Below, in pieces: positions 51,355 through 60,670 of a stretch of 64,000 bases of DNA; position 1 is the first letter of the stretch, and every line of letters begins with the position of its first letter. This DNA is from an uncultured virus (IMG/VR IMGVR_UViG_3300037043_000022). Taxonomy: Duplodnaviria; Heunggongvirae; Uroviricota; Caudoviricetes. The translations under genes and the position numbers were made by a program. The stretch lies in IMG/VR virus record IMGVR_UViG_3300037043_000022. One strand, written 5' to 3'. The notes below the pieces were generated by a model that worked only from the letters and a program-made list of their open reading frames with translations, made no database searches and had not been told where the DNA came from.

Positions 51355-51549
51355 ATGAGATTTAGGATTAGGCGGAAGTCTGATGGTGTTTTTTTGAGTG
51401 ATGATTTGACGTTTAAGTCTGTTCAAGAGATTATGGGTTGTTCTAACTTTAATTATTCGAAGCGTGACATTGTGTATTATACTACTAGTTGTGAAATAAA
51501 TGAAGTTATTTCGTTTGATGATGAAACTGAGTTGGTACGTGTTTTGTGA
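51355..51549 (+). CDS. Hypothetical protein
   Basis: 64 aa. Confidence 0.55.
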   Translation: MRFRIRRKSDGVFLSDDLTFKSVQEIMGCSNFNYSKRDIVYYTTSCEINEVISFDDETELVRVL

Positions 51550-51839
51550 TTGTTCAGGGGGATTATAACGTGAAAAACCATGATGATCTCGATGCGTTGG
51601 CTGAACTAGTTGGTGCGCATGTGATTGTGAAATGTTGGGAGTGTGATGTTTTTCTGTTGGAGAACGGGGAACGACCGGTCTGTTATATGTCTGACAAACC
51701 AGATGGTGTTTATAGATGGTTTGTTATGGATATGGGGAATGGTATGTTTATGGTCCGAACAGCAGATGAAAAGAGTGATTTGAGATTCTGGGATAGGGAA
51801 TGGATCACCTGGCGTGCACCGGATGTTTTTCAGGTGTGA
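51546..51839 (+). CDS. Hypothetical protein
   Basis: 97 aa; coupled. Confidence 0.6.
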   Translation: MIVQGDYNVKNHDDLDALAELVGAHVIVKCWECDVFLLENGERPVCYMSDKPDGVYRWFVMDMGNGMFMVRTADEKSDLRFWDREWITWRAPDVFQV

Positions 51840-51946
51840 TTTGGAAGAGGCGGATGTCAGAAGTAGACCGCCGGGATGTAGATGTCATATGCATATGATT
51901 TATGAATGTGATTACTGTATGGGATATGCCTCGGAACCATAATTGA

Positions 51947-52005
51947 CCCATCTGATGAGACTAGCTAGTAACTAGTCGAAAGGGGATCTCATATCCCCTA
52001 ATGGG
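51947..52005 (+). ncRNA. Type I hammerhead ribozyme HH3 (cut after 52000)
   Basis: CCCAU-CUGAUGA-GACUAG/CUAGUC-GAAA-GGGGAU/AUCCCC-UA-AUGGG. Confidence 0.93.
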
Positions 52006-52030
52006 AAACTAAGATGTTGGGAAATAATAA

Positions 52031-52276
52031 ATGAAAATGACAAAAGAAAGGGAAAAGAAAATGATAAAGGGTGATCGGGTTGTCGTTTTGAATGATGTTT
52101 TCTGGTCTGATGGCGAAAAACAGCATCTTCATGTCAGTAAAGGAATGACTGGTGTAGTGACTGACGTTGAACCATTTGAAGACGGTCGACCCAAAATGAT
52201 CGTGAAATTTGAAAACGATGCGAGTCGTCAAATTTGGAGTGATGATTTTAAGAACTTCCAGCGCCTTAATGAATAA
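52031..52276 (+). CDS. Small KOW/SH3-like protein
   Basis: IKGDRVVV...GMTGVV. Confidence 0.7.
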   Translation: MKMTKEREKKMIKGDRVVVLNDVFWSDGEKQHLHVSKGMTGVVTDVEPFEDGRPKMIVKFENDASRQIWSDDFKNFQRLNE

Positions 52277-52336
52277 CGAGGAACGGATGAATAAAACGAA
52301 CTCAGAAAACACTAATAACCATTTAAGGAGAACGCC

Positions 52337-52714
52337 ATGACAAGAAAAGAACTACATGATTGGATTAAGATGATTGAGGACAAGAACAAGAACGCACCGG
52401 TACTGGTTGATTTTACTACGCACGTGCCAACCACTGAAGAACTGAACAATCTTTGTTATCTCAGCATGAAGTACGTCATTGGTTGGCAGATGAGGGCAGT
52501 AGATTTTTCCGTAGTCATGATGATGAGCGGAACCGCAACGACCGTGAATGATTTAGACAATTCGTTCATCCCTGCATTGGCCGAATACATGTGGGACCAT
52601 CTCATGAGCGAGCCTGATGAGATCTCATCAGAAGACCTTGAGAAAGCAATTAAGGCCGTCCGTGATATGCTGTATGGAATGGATGAAAACACTAGAAACG
52701 ATATGACCAAATGA
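52337..52714 (+). CDS. Hypothetical protein
   Basis: 125 aa; AAGGAG RBS. Confidence 0.75.
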   Translation: MTRKELHDWIKMIEDKNKNAPVLVDFTTHVPTTEELNNLCYLSMKYVIGWQMRAVDFSVVMMMSGTATTVNDLDNSFIPALAEYMWDHLMSEPDEISSEDLEKAIKAVRDMLYGMDENTRNDMTK

Positions 52715-53037
52715 CACAGATAAAGGATAAGATCAAGACCAAACGTGGAAAGACGACGCTCAACTACGCCGTTTGCCACGACCGAATGAAGATGGTTTTA
52801 ATCTCCAAGAAAGCCATCAAGGAAAGTCCTGGTTTCAATATCGATGATAAAATCGACGAGCACGGCTCGTTTGAAGTACCAGACGGTACCGACGTCTTCT
52901 TTGATTCGGGCTTTTGTACGTTCGTCATCAAGGAAGACGGGAAATACGTTTACGCCTTACCGGAAATGCGGGGCAAGTACGAAATCGAAGAAGCGAACCT
53001 CACTAAACTGGTGTGTGACGTGTGGACTGAATGGTAG
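52711..53037 (+). CDS. Hypothetical protein
   Basis: 108 aa. Confidence 0.7.
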   Translation: MTQIKDKIKTKRGKTTLNYAVCHDRMKMVLISKKAIKESPGFNIDDKIDEHGSFEVPDGTDVFFDSGFCTFVIKEDGKYVYALPEMRGKYEIEEANLTKLVCDVWTEW

Positions 53038-53054
53038 GAGAGAACCAATGAGAT

Positions 53055-53297
53055 ATGGCAAGTACCACGGCATATGTCAAGGACACTGCAAACATGAATA
53101 AGCCATGTTCGTGTGGCAGCGGCAAAAAGAAGAAGAAATGTTGTGCTCGGCAGGTTCCCTCCACAAATATTGAACGGATGGAACCGAAGGTAAAGAAAAA
53201 GATTTCACCGGCATTGTTATCTATGTTCAGCCCTTATATTGGGAAAGCAATCGAGAACGAACTCAGAAAACTACCATTAAGGAGAAACGAGCGATGA
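53055..53297 (+). CDS. SEC-C motif protein
   Basis: NKPCSCGSGKKKKKCC. Confidence 0.8.
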   Translation: MASTTAYVKDTANMNKPCSCGSGKKKKKCCARQVPSTNIERMEPKVKKKISPALLSMFSPYIGKAIENELRKLPLRRNER

Positions 53298-53482
53298 CAG
53301 TCAGCCAACTGGACGTTAACATTATTCTGACTTCACAGAAGAAGGAAGACGTCGAGATCTTTATTGATCTTGAATTAATTAAGATCCGTGATGGGACTGC
53401 AGACGTTGAGAAAATCGCTGGGCAAATCAAAGAGGCAGTCATCGCCGTTCTAACCAAATATGGCGATGTGGACGAGTTCTGA
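53294..53482 (+). CDS. Hypothetical protein
   Basis: 62 aa; AAGGAG RBS. Confidence 0.65.
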   Translation: MTVSQLDVNIILTSQKKEDVEIFIDLELIKIRDGTADVEKIAGQIKEAVIAVLTKYGDVDEF

Positions 53483-53500
53483 CATCAAGGAGGATTAAAA

Positions 53501-53821
53501 ATGGGAATGAATGCACTTGCACAACTGTATATGAAACCCAGAACGGCAAATGAATTTGAACGAGAAGAAATCATGGGCAAAGCTTATGATTTCAAGGCGT
53601 TTGCCGTCAGGGAGAATCTGGTCGTTCTCCTGTTGGATGATGGGCGGTTGTTTCTGGAAGTAGTAAAAAATGATGTTGTCGCTTGTGATTGGTATCCCAA
53701 GGATAAATGGGAACGAGTTGGTTTCTGGTTCAATAAGTCATCTCTGAAAGACCTGGGCGACAGGTTGCGGAAAAGCAATAAACGCATCAAAATAAACTCA
53801 TGTCTGTGGGAATGGAGATGA
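53501..53821 (+). CDS. Hypothetical protein
   Basis: 106 aa; AAGGAGG RBS. Confidence 0.75.
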   Translation: MGMNALAQLYMKPRTANEFEREEIMGKAYDFKAFAVRENLVVLLLDDGRLFLEVVKNDVVACDWYPKDKWERVGFWFNKSSLKDLGDRLRKSNKRIKINSCLWEWR

Positions 53822-53845
53822 AAGGAGCAACGACTGCAACGACGG

Positions 53846-53921
53846 CTGGCAGCGGCAGTAAGACAAGATGGTCAGGCACTTAAGTATGTCAAGGACCCAG
53901 CCCTTAGAGAGGAGATAAAAC
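53846..53921 (+). pseudogene. Orphan 3' remnant of a DUF4116 gene
   Basis: Reads LAAAVRQDGQALKYVKDPALREEIK; its last ~36 nt recur at about 54612-54648. Confidence 0.7.
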
Positions 53922-54692
53922 GTGCACTGGATGACGAACGTAACCAAAGAACAATTAAATGACGTGATCCAGGCAATGAGGAAGATTGATTATGAACGAA
54001 TGAAGGATGCAACGATTGTCAAGAAATTGATGAATGATGAAATAGGTTTAGGGAATGTACTCAAACACCTAAATGAGCAATTTCCTGAAATATGCATGGC
54101 GGCAGTGCAACAAAATCGTCGAGCGCTTGAATTTGTTGAAGAGCAGACGCCAGACATATGTCTAGCGGCGGTAAAACGAGATGGTCTGGCACTTCATTAT
54201 GTTAAGGAACAGACGCCGGAATTGTGCATGGTAGCAGTAAAACGAAACGGTTTTGCACTCGATTATGTCAAGGAACAGACGCCGGAATTATATCTGGCAG
54301 CAGTACAACAAAATGGTTCGGCACTTGAATATGTCAAAGAACAGACGCCAGAAATATGTATGGCAGCAGTGCAACAAGATGGTGATGCACTTCGATATGT
54401 CAAAGAACAAACGCCAGAAATATGTATGGCGGCAGTAAAACAACATGGTTGGGCACTTAGATATGTCAAATATTCTGCGAACAACAAAGAACAGACGCCG
54501 GAAATGTGCATGGCAGCAGTAAGACAAAATTGTTACGCACTTCAATTTGTTAAAGAACAGACACTGGAAATATGTATGGTAGCAGCGCAACAGGATGGTT
54601 GGGCACTTCAATATGTCAAGGACCCAGCCCTTAGAGAGGAGATAAAACATGGAGAGACGAAAAGGAGGGTAAATGAATGGGGATGGACGTAA
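53922..54692 (+). CDS. DUF4116 repeat protein
   Basis: 24-aa repeats EQTPEICMAAVQQxGxALxYVK. Confidence 0.9.
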   Translation: MHWMTNVTKEQLNDVIQAMRKIDYERMKDATIVKKLMNDEIGLGNVLKHLNEQFPEICMAAVQQNRRALEFVEEQTPDICLAAVKRDGLALHYVKEQTPELCMVAVKRNGFALDYVKEQTPELYLAAVQQNGSALEYVKEQTPEICMAAVQQDGDALRYVKEQTPEICMAAVKQHGWALRYVKYSANNKEQTPEMCMAAVRQNCYALQFVKEQTLEICMVAAQQDGWALQYVKDPALREEIKHGETKRRVNEWGWT

Positions 54693-55129
54693 CCGGGACT
54701 AAACCGAGAAATGAACAGGGCGAGTATTTCAGGGCTAATATTTGGTCATGGCATCCACTACATGAATTGTTGGGCATCATCAACAAACGAAACAATAATG
54801 AGTTGATTTCTGAGGAAGTGTACGTTGCAATGAGGTATAACGACGGTGCGGGATTGACCGACGAACAATGTCTGCGCGTAGCCGAGGAATTAAACGAAAT
54901 TATCAACAAACCAGCACTGGCTACCGAATTTGGTTTTGTTCTTGGTGACAATGAATTACGTCTTCCTACAAATTCGTTGGTAATTGACGAGAAAACCAAT
55001 GCGTTTGTCAATATGAAAACGTACAAGGGCAGTAGGGATGATCTGGTCAGTCCATACAGAATTAATTTGGATCACCTAAAGGAATTCATTACATTTCTAC
55101 AGAACTGTGGTGGATTTTCCGTATATTAG
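54677..55129 (+). CDS. Hypothetical protein
   Basis: 150 aa; MGMDV..GEYFRANIWSWHPL..CGGF. Confidence 0.8.
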   Translation: MGMDVTGTKPRNEQGEYFRANIWSWHPLHELLGIINKRNNNELISEEVYVAMRYNDGAGLTDEQCLRVAEELNEIINKPALATEFGFVLGDNELRLPTNSLVIDEKTNAFVNMKTYKGSRDDLVSPYRINLDHLKEFITFLQNCGGFSVY

Positions 55130-55138
55130 GAGGGGTGC

Positions 55139-55330
55139 ATGAGCAAAAACAAAGTCGGTGATCGCGTTACGATTAGAGTGAAGGGTGAGACGCATCCAAA
55201 ATATGATGGCATGGTCGGCAAAATCACTAAAATTGTCGGGGAAGTCCCGCCTTGTATGTGGGAAGTGACGTTTGACGATGGCCGATCAATTCTGATTCGT
55301 GGTACTGAGTTGGAGGTTACAAATGAATGA
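55139..55330 (+). CDS. Small KOW/SH3-like protein
   Basis: KVGDRVTI...GMVGKI; AGGAGG RBS. Confidence 0.7.
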   Translation: MSKNKVGDRVTIRVKGETHPKYDGMVGKITKIVGEVPPCMWEVTFDDGRSILIRGTELEVTNE

Positions 55331-55535
55331 AACGAAAACGAGTTCTGAGAAGTACAAAATGTGGTTAGATGCAGTGACACGTTGTTGGGAATCTGGATGG
55401 CGATGTGAATCCGACTGGACGTTCATCTCCCCGTCGGGGACGCGCCATGATTTATCTGCCGCTGATCTAAGGCAATTATCACGCATCGAACGTGAAGGGC
55501 TGTTCATGAACCAAACTTCTAATCGTTCTGTATGA
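55323..55535 (+). CDS. Hypothetical protein
   Basis: GGAGGT RBS before MNETK. Confidence 0.6.
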   Translation: MNETKTSSEKYKMWLDAVTRCWESGWRCESDWTFISPSGTRHDLSAADLRQLSRIEREGLFMNQTSNRSV

Positions 55536-55624
55536 CAATGGTTCTCTGAGATGACAGACATTTCGCAATGTTTACGCGATAGAAGAACGGATTTAATGGT
55601 TGGGGGCGATGAAAGGAGACAGAA

Positions 55625-56794
55625 ATGAATGTAGCTGAATTGAAGGGTGCGATCGGACTGTGTCACAAAGTACAAGTGCCCATCATGATTTGGGGTCATC
55701 ATGGGATGGGTAAGTCAAGCATCGTCAGACAAGTTACACAAGAAATGCAAATTGGTTTTGTGGATTATCGGGCTGCACAGATCGAGGCCACGGATCTCCG
55801 AGGATTTCCGGACAAAGAAAACGGCTATACGATCTATCGCCCACCAGCGGAGTTGCCCCGCGAGGGACAGGGGTTGTTCTTTCTGGATGAATTAAATCGA
55901 GCAGATGACCCGGTCATTCAGGCGGCGTTCCAATTGATCGTTGAGAGGAGAATTGGCACGTACGAGTTACCAACCTCATACGACGACAATGATAATTTCA
56001 CTGGTTGGTCAGTGGTCAGTGCTGGCAATTACAACAACGGATACCACGTCAACGATTTCTGTAAGGCATTCATTGGACGATTCTGCCACGTAGAATTGAC
56101 CATGTCAGAGGATTACATGACGGAATGGATGAGCTACGTGACCAACAGAACAAATACGGAAGTTACGCGGATCATTCAGTTCATCGGTTCAGATCCGGCC
56201 AATCTCTGCACGAGAGAAAAAGGTTCATTGGATTTCAAGATCGAACCATCACCGCGATTGTGGGAGGCAGTGGGACGCATTGAGAAACATGCCCCAGAAT
56301 TCCCATTGGACGTCGTGCGTGACGTCAGAGCGGGATTGATCGGTCGTGAATTGGCCATCCAATATGAAAAGGTCAATTTCGAGATCGAACCGAAGGACAT
56401 CCTGAATTATGGCGTGAAACCGATCTATGATCTGGGACGAGAAATAAGCCGTGATCTGATGGCCGGTCTGGTGTGGGGTGTGGTTTCATATATCAGAAAT
56501 TTGGACAAGAAAGTAACCAAAGCGCAAGTCAGCAATGTCTTTGATTTCGTGGAACATCTCTGCGACTCGAAGGAAAAAGACATGGCCATAGTCTTAGCCT
56601 CACAAATCCTTAAGCCGCAATATCAAACCATGGGAATTGTGATCGTGGCTAATGCAGCCGTCGCCGACATCATGTCAAAGACGAACAACATTTGGCTGAA
56701 AGAAATACCGAGCAGAACCAAAATCTTCGAGTTGACAAAACAACTGATGTCAAAAGACGAAACGGAAATGGCACCAAGAGGTTCTCCTGATTAA
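55625..56794 (+). CDS. MoxR-like AAA+ ATPase
   Basis: WGHHGMGKS, TDLRG, FFLDELNRA, SAGN, RFCH, SPRLWE. Confidence 0.92.
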   Translation: MNVAELKGAIGLCHKVQVPIMIWGHHGMGKSSIVRQVTQEMQIGFVDYRAAQIEATDLRGFPDKENGYTIYRPPAELPREGQGLFFLDELNRADDPVIQAAFQLIVERRIGTYELPTSYDDNDNFTGWSVVSAGNYNNGYHVNDFCKAFIGRFCHVELTMSEDYMTEWMSYVTNRTNTEVTRIIQFIGSDPANLCTREKGSLDFKIEPSPRLWEAVGRIEKHAPEFPLDVVRDVRAGLIGRELAIQYEKVNFEIEPKDILNYGVKPIYDLGREISRDLMAGLVWGVVSYIRNLDKKVTKAQVSNVFDFVEHLCDSKEKDMAIVLASQILKPQYQTMGIVIVANAAVADIMSKTNNIWLKEIPSRTKIFELTKQLMSKDETEMAPRGSPD

Positions 56795-56830
56795 GACCAC
56801 GTTCAGATTTACTCAAGAGGAGGAAATCAG

Positions 56831-57118
56831 ATGGCAAAGATTAGGACGTCAATTAACGTGGATGCTGACGGACTTTACCAAATTCTTGTTTTGGAAAATG
56901 GTAAAATGGTCTACGTGGCAGAAGAGCATTGCGTCAATGGGAACGGGACGGCTTACAACGTGGGTGATTTGACGGATGATCACACTGAACGCAGGGCGAC
57001 GCTGGATGATTTGATGGGGATTCCAGCAAGGATAAAGAAAGAATTTCCGTGTCTTGATCCTGAAGATCCTGAATTTTTTGAAACGTATCCTGGCTCTGAA
57101 CTTCAACGGCCCATCTGA
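56831..57118 (+). CDS. Hypothetical protein; its stop codon lies in the HH4 core
   Basis: 95 aa ending ...RPI*; GAGGAGG RBS. Confidence 0.75.
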   Translation: MAKIRTSINVDADGLYQILVLENGKMVYVAEEHCVNGNGTAYNVGDLTDDHTERRATLDDLMGIPARIKKEFPCLDPEDPEFFETYPGSELQRPI

Positions 57119-57171
57119 TGAGGTTGGATGACGACCAGCCGAAAGGGGAGAGGAAATCCTCCCCTAATGGG
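57110..57171 (+). ncRNA. Type I hammerhead ribozyme HH4 (cut after 57166)
   Basis: CCCAU-CUGAUGA-GGUUGG/CCAGCC-GAAA-GGGGAG/CUCCCC-UA-AUGGG. Confidence 0.93.
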
Positions 57172-57221
57172 AAAGTCAAGAAGGGGACGTGGGAACCACC
57201 TTTTCAAGGAGGAAGATGCTG

Positions 57222-57845
57222 ATGAAGAAAGAACTCGATGTGAAGAACGTCACCACGCTGAGCGCCCAGGTGACGACGGGAGATCTGGTGGCAATTAAGG
57301 TCTCTGAATTTGAAAACAAATTGATGGTGGAGGAGAAAAAGATCGTGGCCGAACTGGCGGCGACGAAAAAAGAACTGAAAGAGAACAAGGACGGCTTCGA
57401 AAAGATGACTTCTCAGTCAGCGACCAATTACTGGACGCCGAAAGTGAAAAAGCTGCTGGAAGCGTACAAGGATCTGAACGTGAAAGTGAAATGCAGCATG
57501 CAGGCGTCAATCGTGGGACCGTGTGAAAAGGCAGAAACGCTCATGTTGAGCGTGGTCGTTTCGGTTGACAAAGAACACTCATACTGCAACAACCTGTACG
57601 ATGCGCAACTGGAACGGAAGTTGAACGACGAGGAAAAGAAAGCGATCAAACGCAACGAAATGCTGGAAAAGGCGATCGATGACGCCCAACGGAAGATCAT
57701 CGAAATCCGCACGAAACTCTCCAAGATCGGCACGATGGAAAGAGCGGTTCGTGCTGAAATCGCCCGCAAGACGCTCGGCGCGTCAGGATTCGCTAACGTC
57801 GCTTTAGCGATCGCCGACATCAAAGTGGACGTGCTGGAGAAATAA
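57222..57845 (+). CDS. Coiled-coil hypothetical protein
   Basis: AAGGAGG RBS; heptad-rich. Confidence 0.8.
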   Translation: MKKELDVKNVTTLSAQVTTGDLVAIKVSEFENKLMVEEKKIVAELAATKKELKENKDGFEKMTSQSATNYWTPKVKKLLEAYKDLNVKVKCSMQASIVGPCEKAETLMLSVVVSVDKEHSYCNNLYDAQLERKLNDEEKKAIKRNEMLEKAIDDAQRKIIEIRTKLSKIGTMERAVRAEIARKTLGASGFANVALAIADIKVDVLEK

Positions 57846-57851
57846 ACAGTC

Positions 57852-58151
57852 ATGACCGAGGGGATCGCTGACAAAATGAATGTTACCATCGTAGTTCCAA
57901 CCATGGAAGGACGACTCGACGATGATGTGAAGCCGATCGTCCTTCCAGGACATCTCAATCAAGAAGAAGCAAGAAAAATTGCTTTAGACTTTGGCAGCGG
58001 TTATCCACATTGTTCGATCGTTTCCGTACCGGATGGACACCTTGCAAATTTCTCGAACGACGTCAATCCGCCGCTGGAAAACGGTCTGGTCAGTGAAGAA
58101 GTACAAGGACATTTAGTTCTTCAGTTTTATCACTCATCTTTGCCCATCTGA
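57852..58151 (+). CDS. Hypothetical protein; its stop codon lies in the HH5 core
   Basis: 99 aa ending ...LPI*. Confidence 0.65.
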   Translation: MTEGIADKMNVTIVVPTMEGRLDDDVKPIVLPGHLNQEEARKIALDFGSGYPHCSIVSVPDGHLANFSNDVNPPLENGLVSEEVQGHLVLQFYHSSLPI

Positions 58152-58199
58152 TGATTTCCGTGGCAGGAATGAAAGGGGAGGATTTTCTCCCCTAATGGG
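58143..58199 (+). ncRNA. Type I hammerhead ribozyme HH5 (cut after 58194; U.U at the base of stem II)
   Basis: CCCAU-CUGAUGA-UUUCC/GGAAU-GAAA-GGGGAG/CUCCCC-UA-AUGGG. Confidence 0.85.
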
Positions 58200-58222
58200 A
58201 GCCTAATCGAAAGGAGGATAAC

Positions 58223-58912
58223 ATGGAAATGGAAGTGCTGGGAGCAGTTAAAAACGAGGACGGCACGTGGGAGATGAGCGTCAATCCAGAACCACTGATC
58301 AACGCCACCGGTGAAGTGATTTACGGTGGAAGAGAAGAGATCATCGCAGCAATAAGCGCTACCTGCATGAAAGAATCGTTGGAAGACGCCGATCTGACCT
58401 GGATTAAAACCAACTGGAACAACATAAGAGTAAGCGAAAAACCGGTCTTTGTCGGTCAAGACGTAAACAGAGCATGTGAATTGGCAAAGAAATACGGTGC
58501 AATAGTAATTGACTATCCTTACACGAAATTGCCGGACGACATAAAGTTCAAAGACGGACTTCTGATCTATGATCCGAAACAGAAAACGCGAAGAGAACGA
58601 ATGAAAAAGAACAAGATGAAATCCGGCGACTTCCCGCTGGACAATTTGAAGCTGATGGCCAAAGAACTCAGTCTGCGACTGCAGTCGCAATTCGGTGAAA
58701 TTGGAAAGTTGATCGACTGGATCTCATACCGAAGAGTGCATCTCAATAAGAACAATTTCATGCATTTCATCGTGGCTGCCGATGCGGTGTTGATTAAACT
58801 GGGCGACGATGAAAGAAGCGAGACGTTTAAACGCTTCGTAGGTGAAATGCAAACGGGAGCCGACGCGACCGACAAGAAGTTTGGGGAATGGTTAAAGGAG
58901 AAAGAATGTTGA
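58223..58912 (+). CDS. Hypothetical protein
   Basis: 229 aa; AAGGAGG RBS. Confidence 0.75.
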   Translation: MEMEVLGAVKNEDGTWEMSVNPEPLINATGEVIYGGREEIIAAISATCMKESLEDADLTWIKTNWNNIRVSEKPVFVGQDVNRACELAKKYGAIVIDYPYTKLPDDIKFKDGLLIYDPKQKTRRERMKKNKMKSGDFPLDNLKLMAKELSLRLQSQFGEIGKLIDWISYRRVHLNKNNFMHFIVAADAVLIKLGDDERSETFKRFVGEMQTGADATDKKFGEWLKEKEC

Positions 58913-58959
58913 AACGAAATTGGTCACGACGCTCATGACGAAGAAAGAGAGGAGCAAGA

Positions 58960-59700
58960 ATGAACGGCAAAGAATTGATAGACGAGATCAATGCGTTGGT
59001 CAGACAGAGACTTGGGGAGAAATGGCCCAAGATTGACGGCGTGAGATACGTGATCTCCATCTCTCCGGAAGCTAGAGGTTCACAATTTGCCAGGTATGGT
59101 TCCCTGTTGCTTGCGCAAATGCAAATTGAAATTGACGGCAAGACGTTTGATTGGAACGTTTATATTCAAGGCAAACAATTTCGCATCAACAACAATTATT
59201 ATGCGGACATAGATGCGTTGATGGCCGGAATACCAAAGATCATTGCATCCAAACGCAAGGCGGTAAGTAAAATCCCCACCCCACCGGAGGAAATCATCAA
59301 ACAACGCGATGAATTGATTAAGAAAATGTTGGATAAGGGAACGATTGAAAAGTTCGATGACAAAGGCATCGTTCACTTTAATCTTCCAACGGGGACTAGA
59401 CGAATCAACGATTATTTGGTTAAGGACACCAACGTCGTCATTTCAGAGGTTGCGGAGGATGTGCCATTAATCCAGATAGGGCGGCGATTACGGCACGATG
59501 CCGGTCTCATCGTGATTGGATGTCTCCGAGAACAGCGTAATCCTCATCGTCGATCAGTTAATGAGCCGTTAGACACGCAATTTTGTGATTCAAAGTCAAC
59601 GACGTCGATCTGGTTAATGTCGAGCCAATGCTTAATAGTATTGACGATTCTATCTTTCTGTGAAAATTCATGTTCCCAAAGATATCTAATTTCATATTGA
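58960..59700 (+). CDS. Hypothetical protein; 3' end overlaps the antisense endonuclease gene and may be disrupted
   Basis: GAGGAG RBS; 157-bp convergent overlap. Confidence 0.6.
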   Translation: MNGKELIDEINALVRQRLGEKWPKIDGVRYVISISPEARGSQFARYGSLLLAQMQIEIDGKTFDWNVYIQGKQFRINNNYYADIDALMAGIPKIIASKRKAVSKIPTPPEEIIKQRDELIKKMLDKGTIEKFDDKGIVHFNLPTGTRRINDYLVKDTNVVISEVAEDVPLIQIGRRLRHDAGLIVIGCLREQRNPHRRSVNEPLDTQFCDSKSTTSIWLMSSQCLIVLTILSFCENSCSQRYLISY

Positions 59701-60599
59701 TTTGGAAAATTATTCATTATATAAGAAGATTTTGCCGCATCTCTACTGATGATGTCCGGCTTTGAATGCCAATAATCACCCTGACATTCGATGAGTAACG
59801 TTTTGTTGCCACGAGGAATGACACAATCGAATTGATACGGACCGATCATACATTCTTTGTCTGACGGTCCATCTTCACGTTCTTTAAAATAATTGATTTT
59901 AAGATCATCTAATATGGAATAAAGCGTCTTTTGAATGCTTGAAACTTTTGGTTGGTCGCGCATTTTTTGTCTAAATTGTTCGTCGGTGCGCCACTTATTG
60001 CGCATTTTCTCTGCCATTTTGATGCGATATTCCGGATCTTGTAATTTATTGAGTATCTTATCTCTATACTCCTTATTTTTCCACAATTCTTTCGACGATT
60101 CGACGATTGATGTACGATATTCATCGTTTTGCCAATTTTTTCTATTATTCATGACGACCTTATTGCGAAATTCGTCGTTTGTCCATGCTTCTTTTGCTTG
60201 TCTCGTTCTTGCTTTTATGGCAGCAACATGTCGTTCATGATCCGATAAAATTTTCTGCCAAGTTGCTTTAGCTGCAATCGACGCCTTTATTGGGTCTGGT
60301 TTGATTGTCTTATTCCTCTCAATGAGTTTAGCAACGTGAATAGGATCAGTTCGTATCTTACTCATTTTAGTACGACGTTCCTCGTCATTCCAAATTTTCC
60401 TACTGCTTGAAACCACGAGTTCACGAAACTTTGGGTCCTGCCATTGTCTTTTCGCAGTACATCGTTTACAATGATGTTTAGTAATTTGTAAATCTGATTC
60501 GCGACGTATTTTCCTCGTCATTTCAACACCGCAGTCATCACAGTTGACGACTGCGATGAAAGGAGGTAAAGAATTTTGAGTTTTGATCCAGTTGAACAT
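59544..60599 (-). CDS. Putative free-standing homing endonuclease (helical basic repeats plus Vsr/DUF559 PD-(D/E)xK domain)
   Basis: WxxxEYR repeats; YQFD, LIECQGDYWH, RD..K, YLWEHE; lone antisense gene in the + strand block. Confidence 0.8.
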   Translation of the reverse strand: MFNWIKTQNSLPPFIAVVNCDDCGVEMTRKIRRESDLQITKHHCKRCTAKRQWQDPKFRELVVSSSRKIWNDEERRTKMSKIRTDPIHVAKLIERNKTIKPDPIKASIAAKATWQKILSDHERHVAAIKARTRQAKEAWTNDEFRNKVVMNNRKNWQNDEYRTSIVESSKELWKNKEYRDKILNKLQDPEYRIKMAEKMRNKWRTDEQFRQKMRDQPKVSSIQKTLYSILDDLKINYFKEREDGPSDKECMIGPYQFDCVIPRGNKTLLIECQGDYWHSKPDIISRDAAKSSYIMNNFPNQYEIRYLWEHEFSQKDRIVNTIKHWLDINQIDVVDFESQNCVSNGSLTDRR

Positions 60600-60670
60600 G
60601 ATGTTCCTTTCAATTGTTGTTCCATCCCACGGTTTATGTTTGACAAAAATACTAGAGAAGGAGGTGACAA

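Noticed and set aside
52614..52631. CTGATGAGATCTCATCAG as a hammerhead
   Set aside because: A simple palindrome inside a CDS, with no GAAA or stem III.
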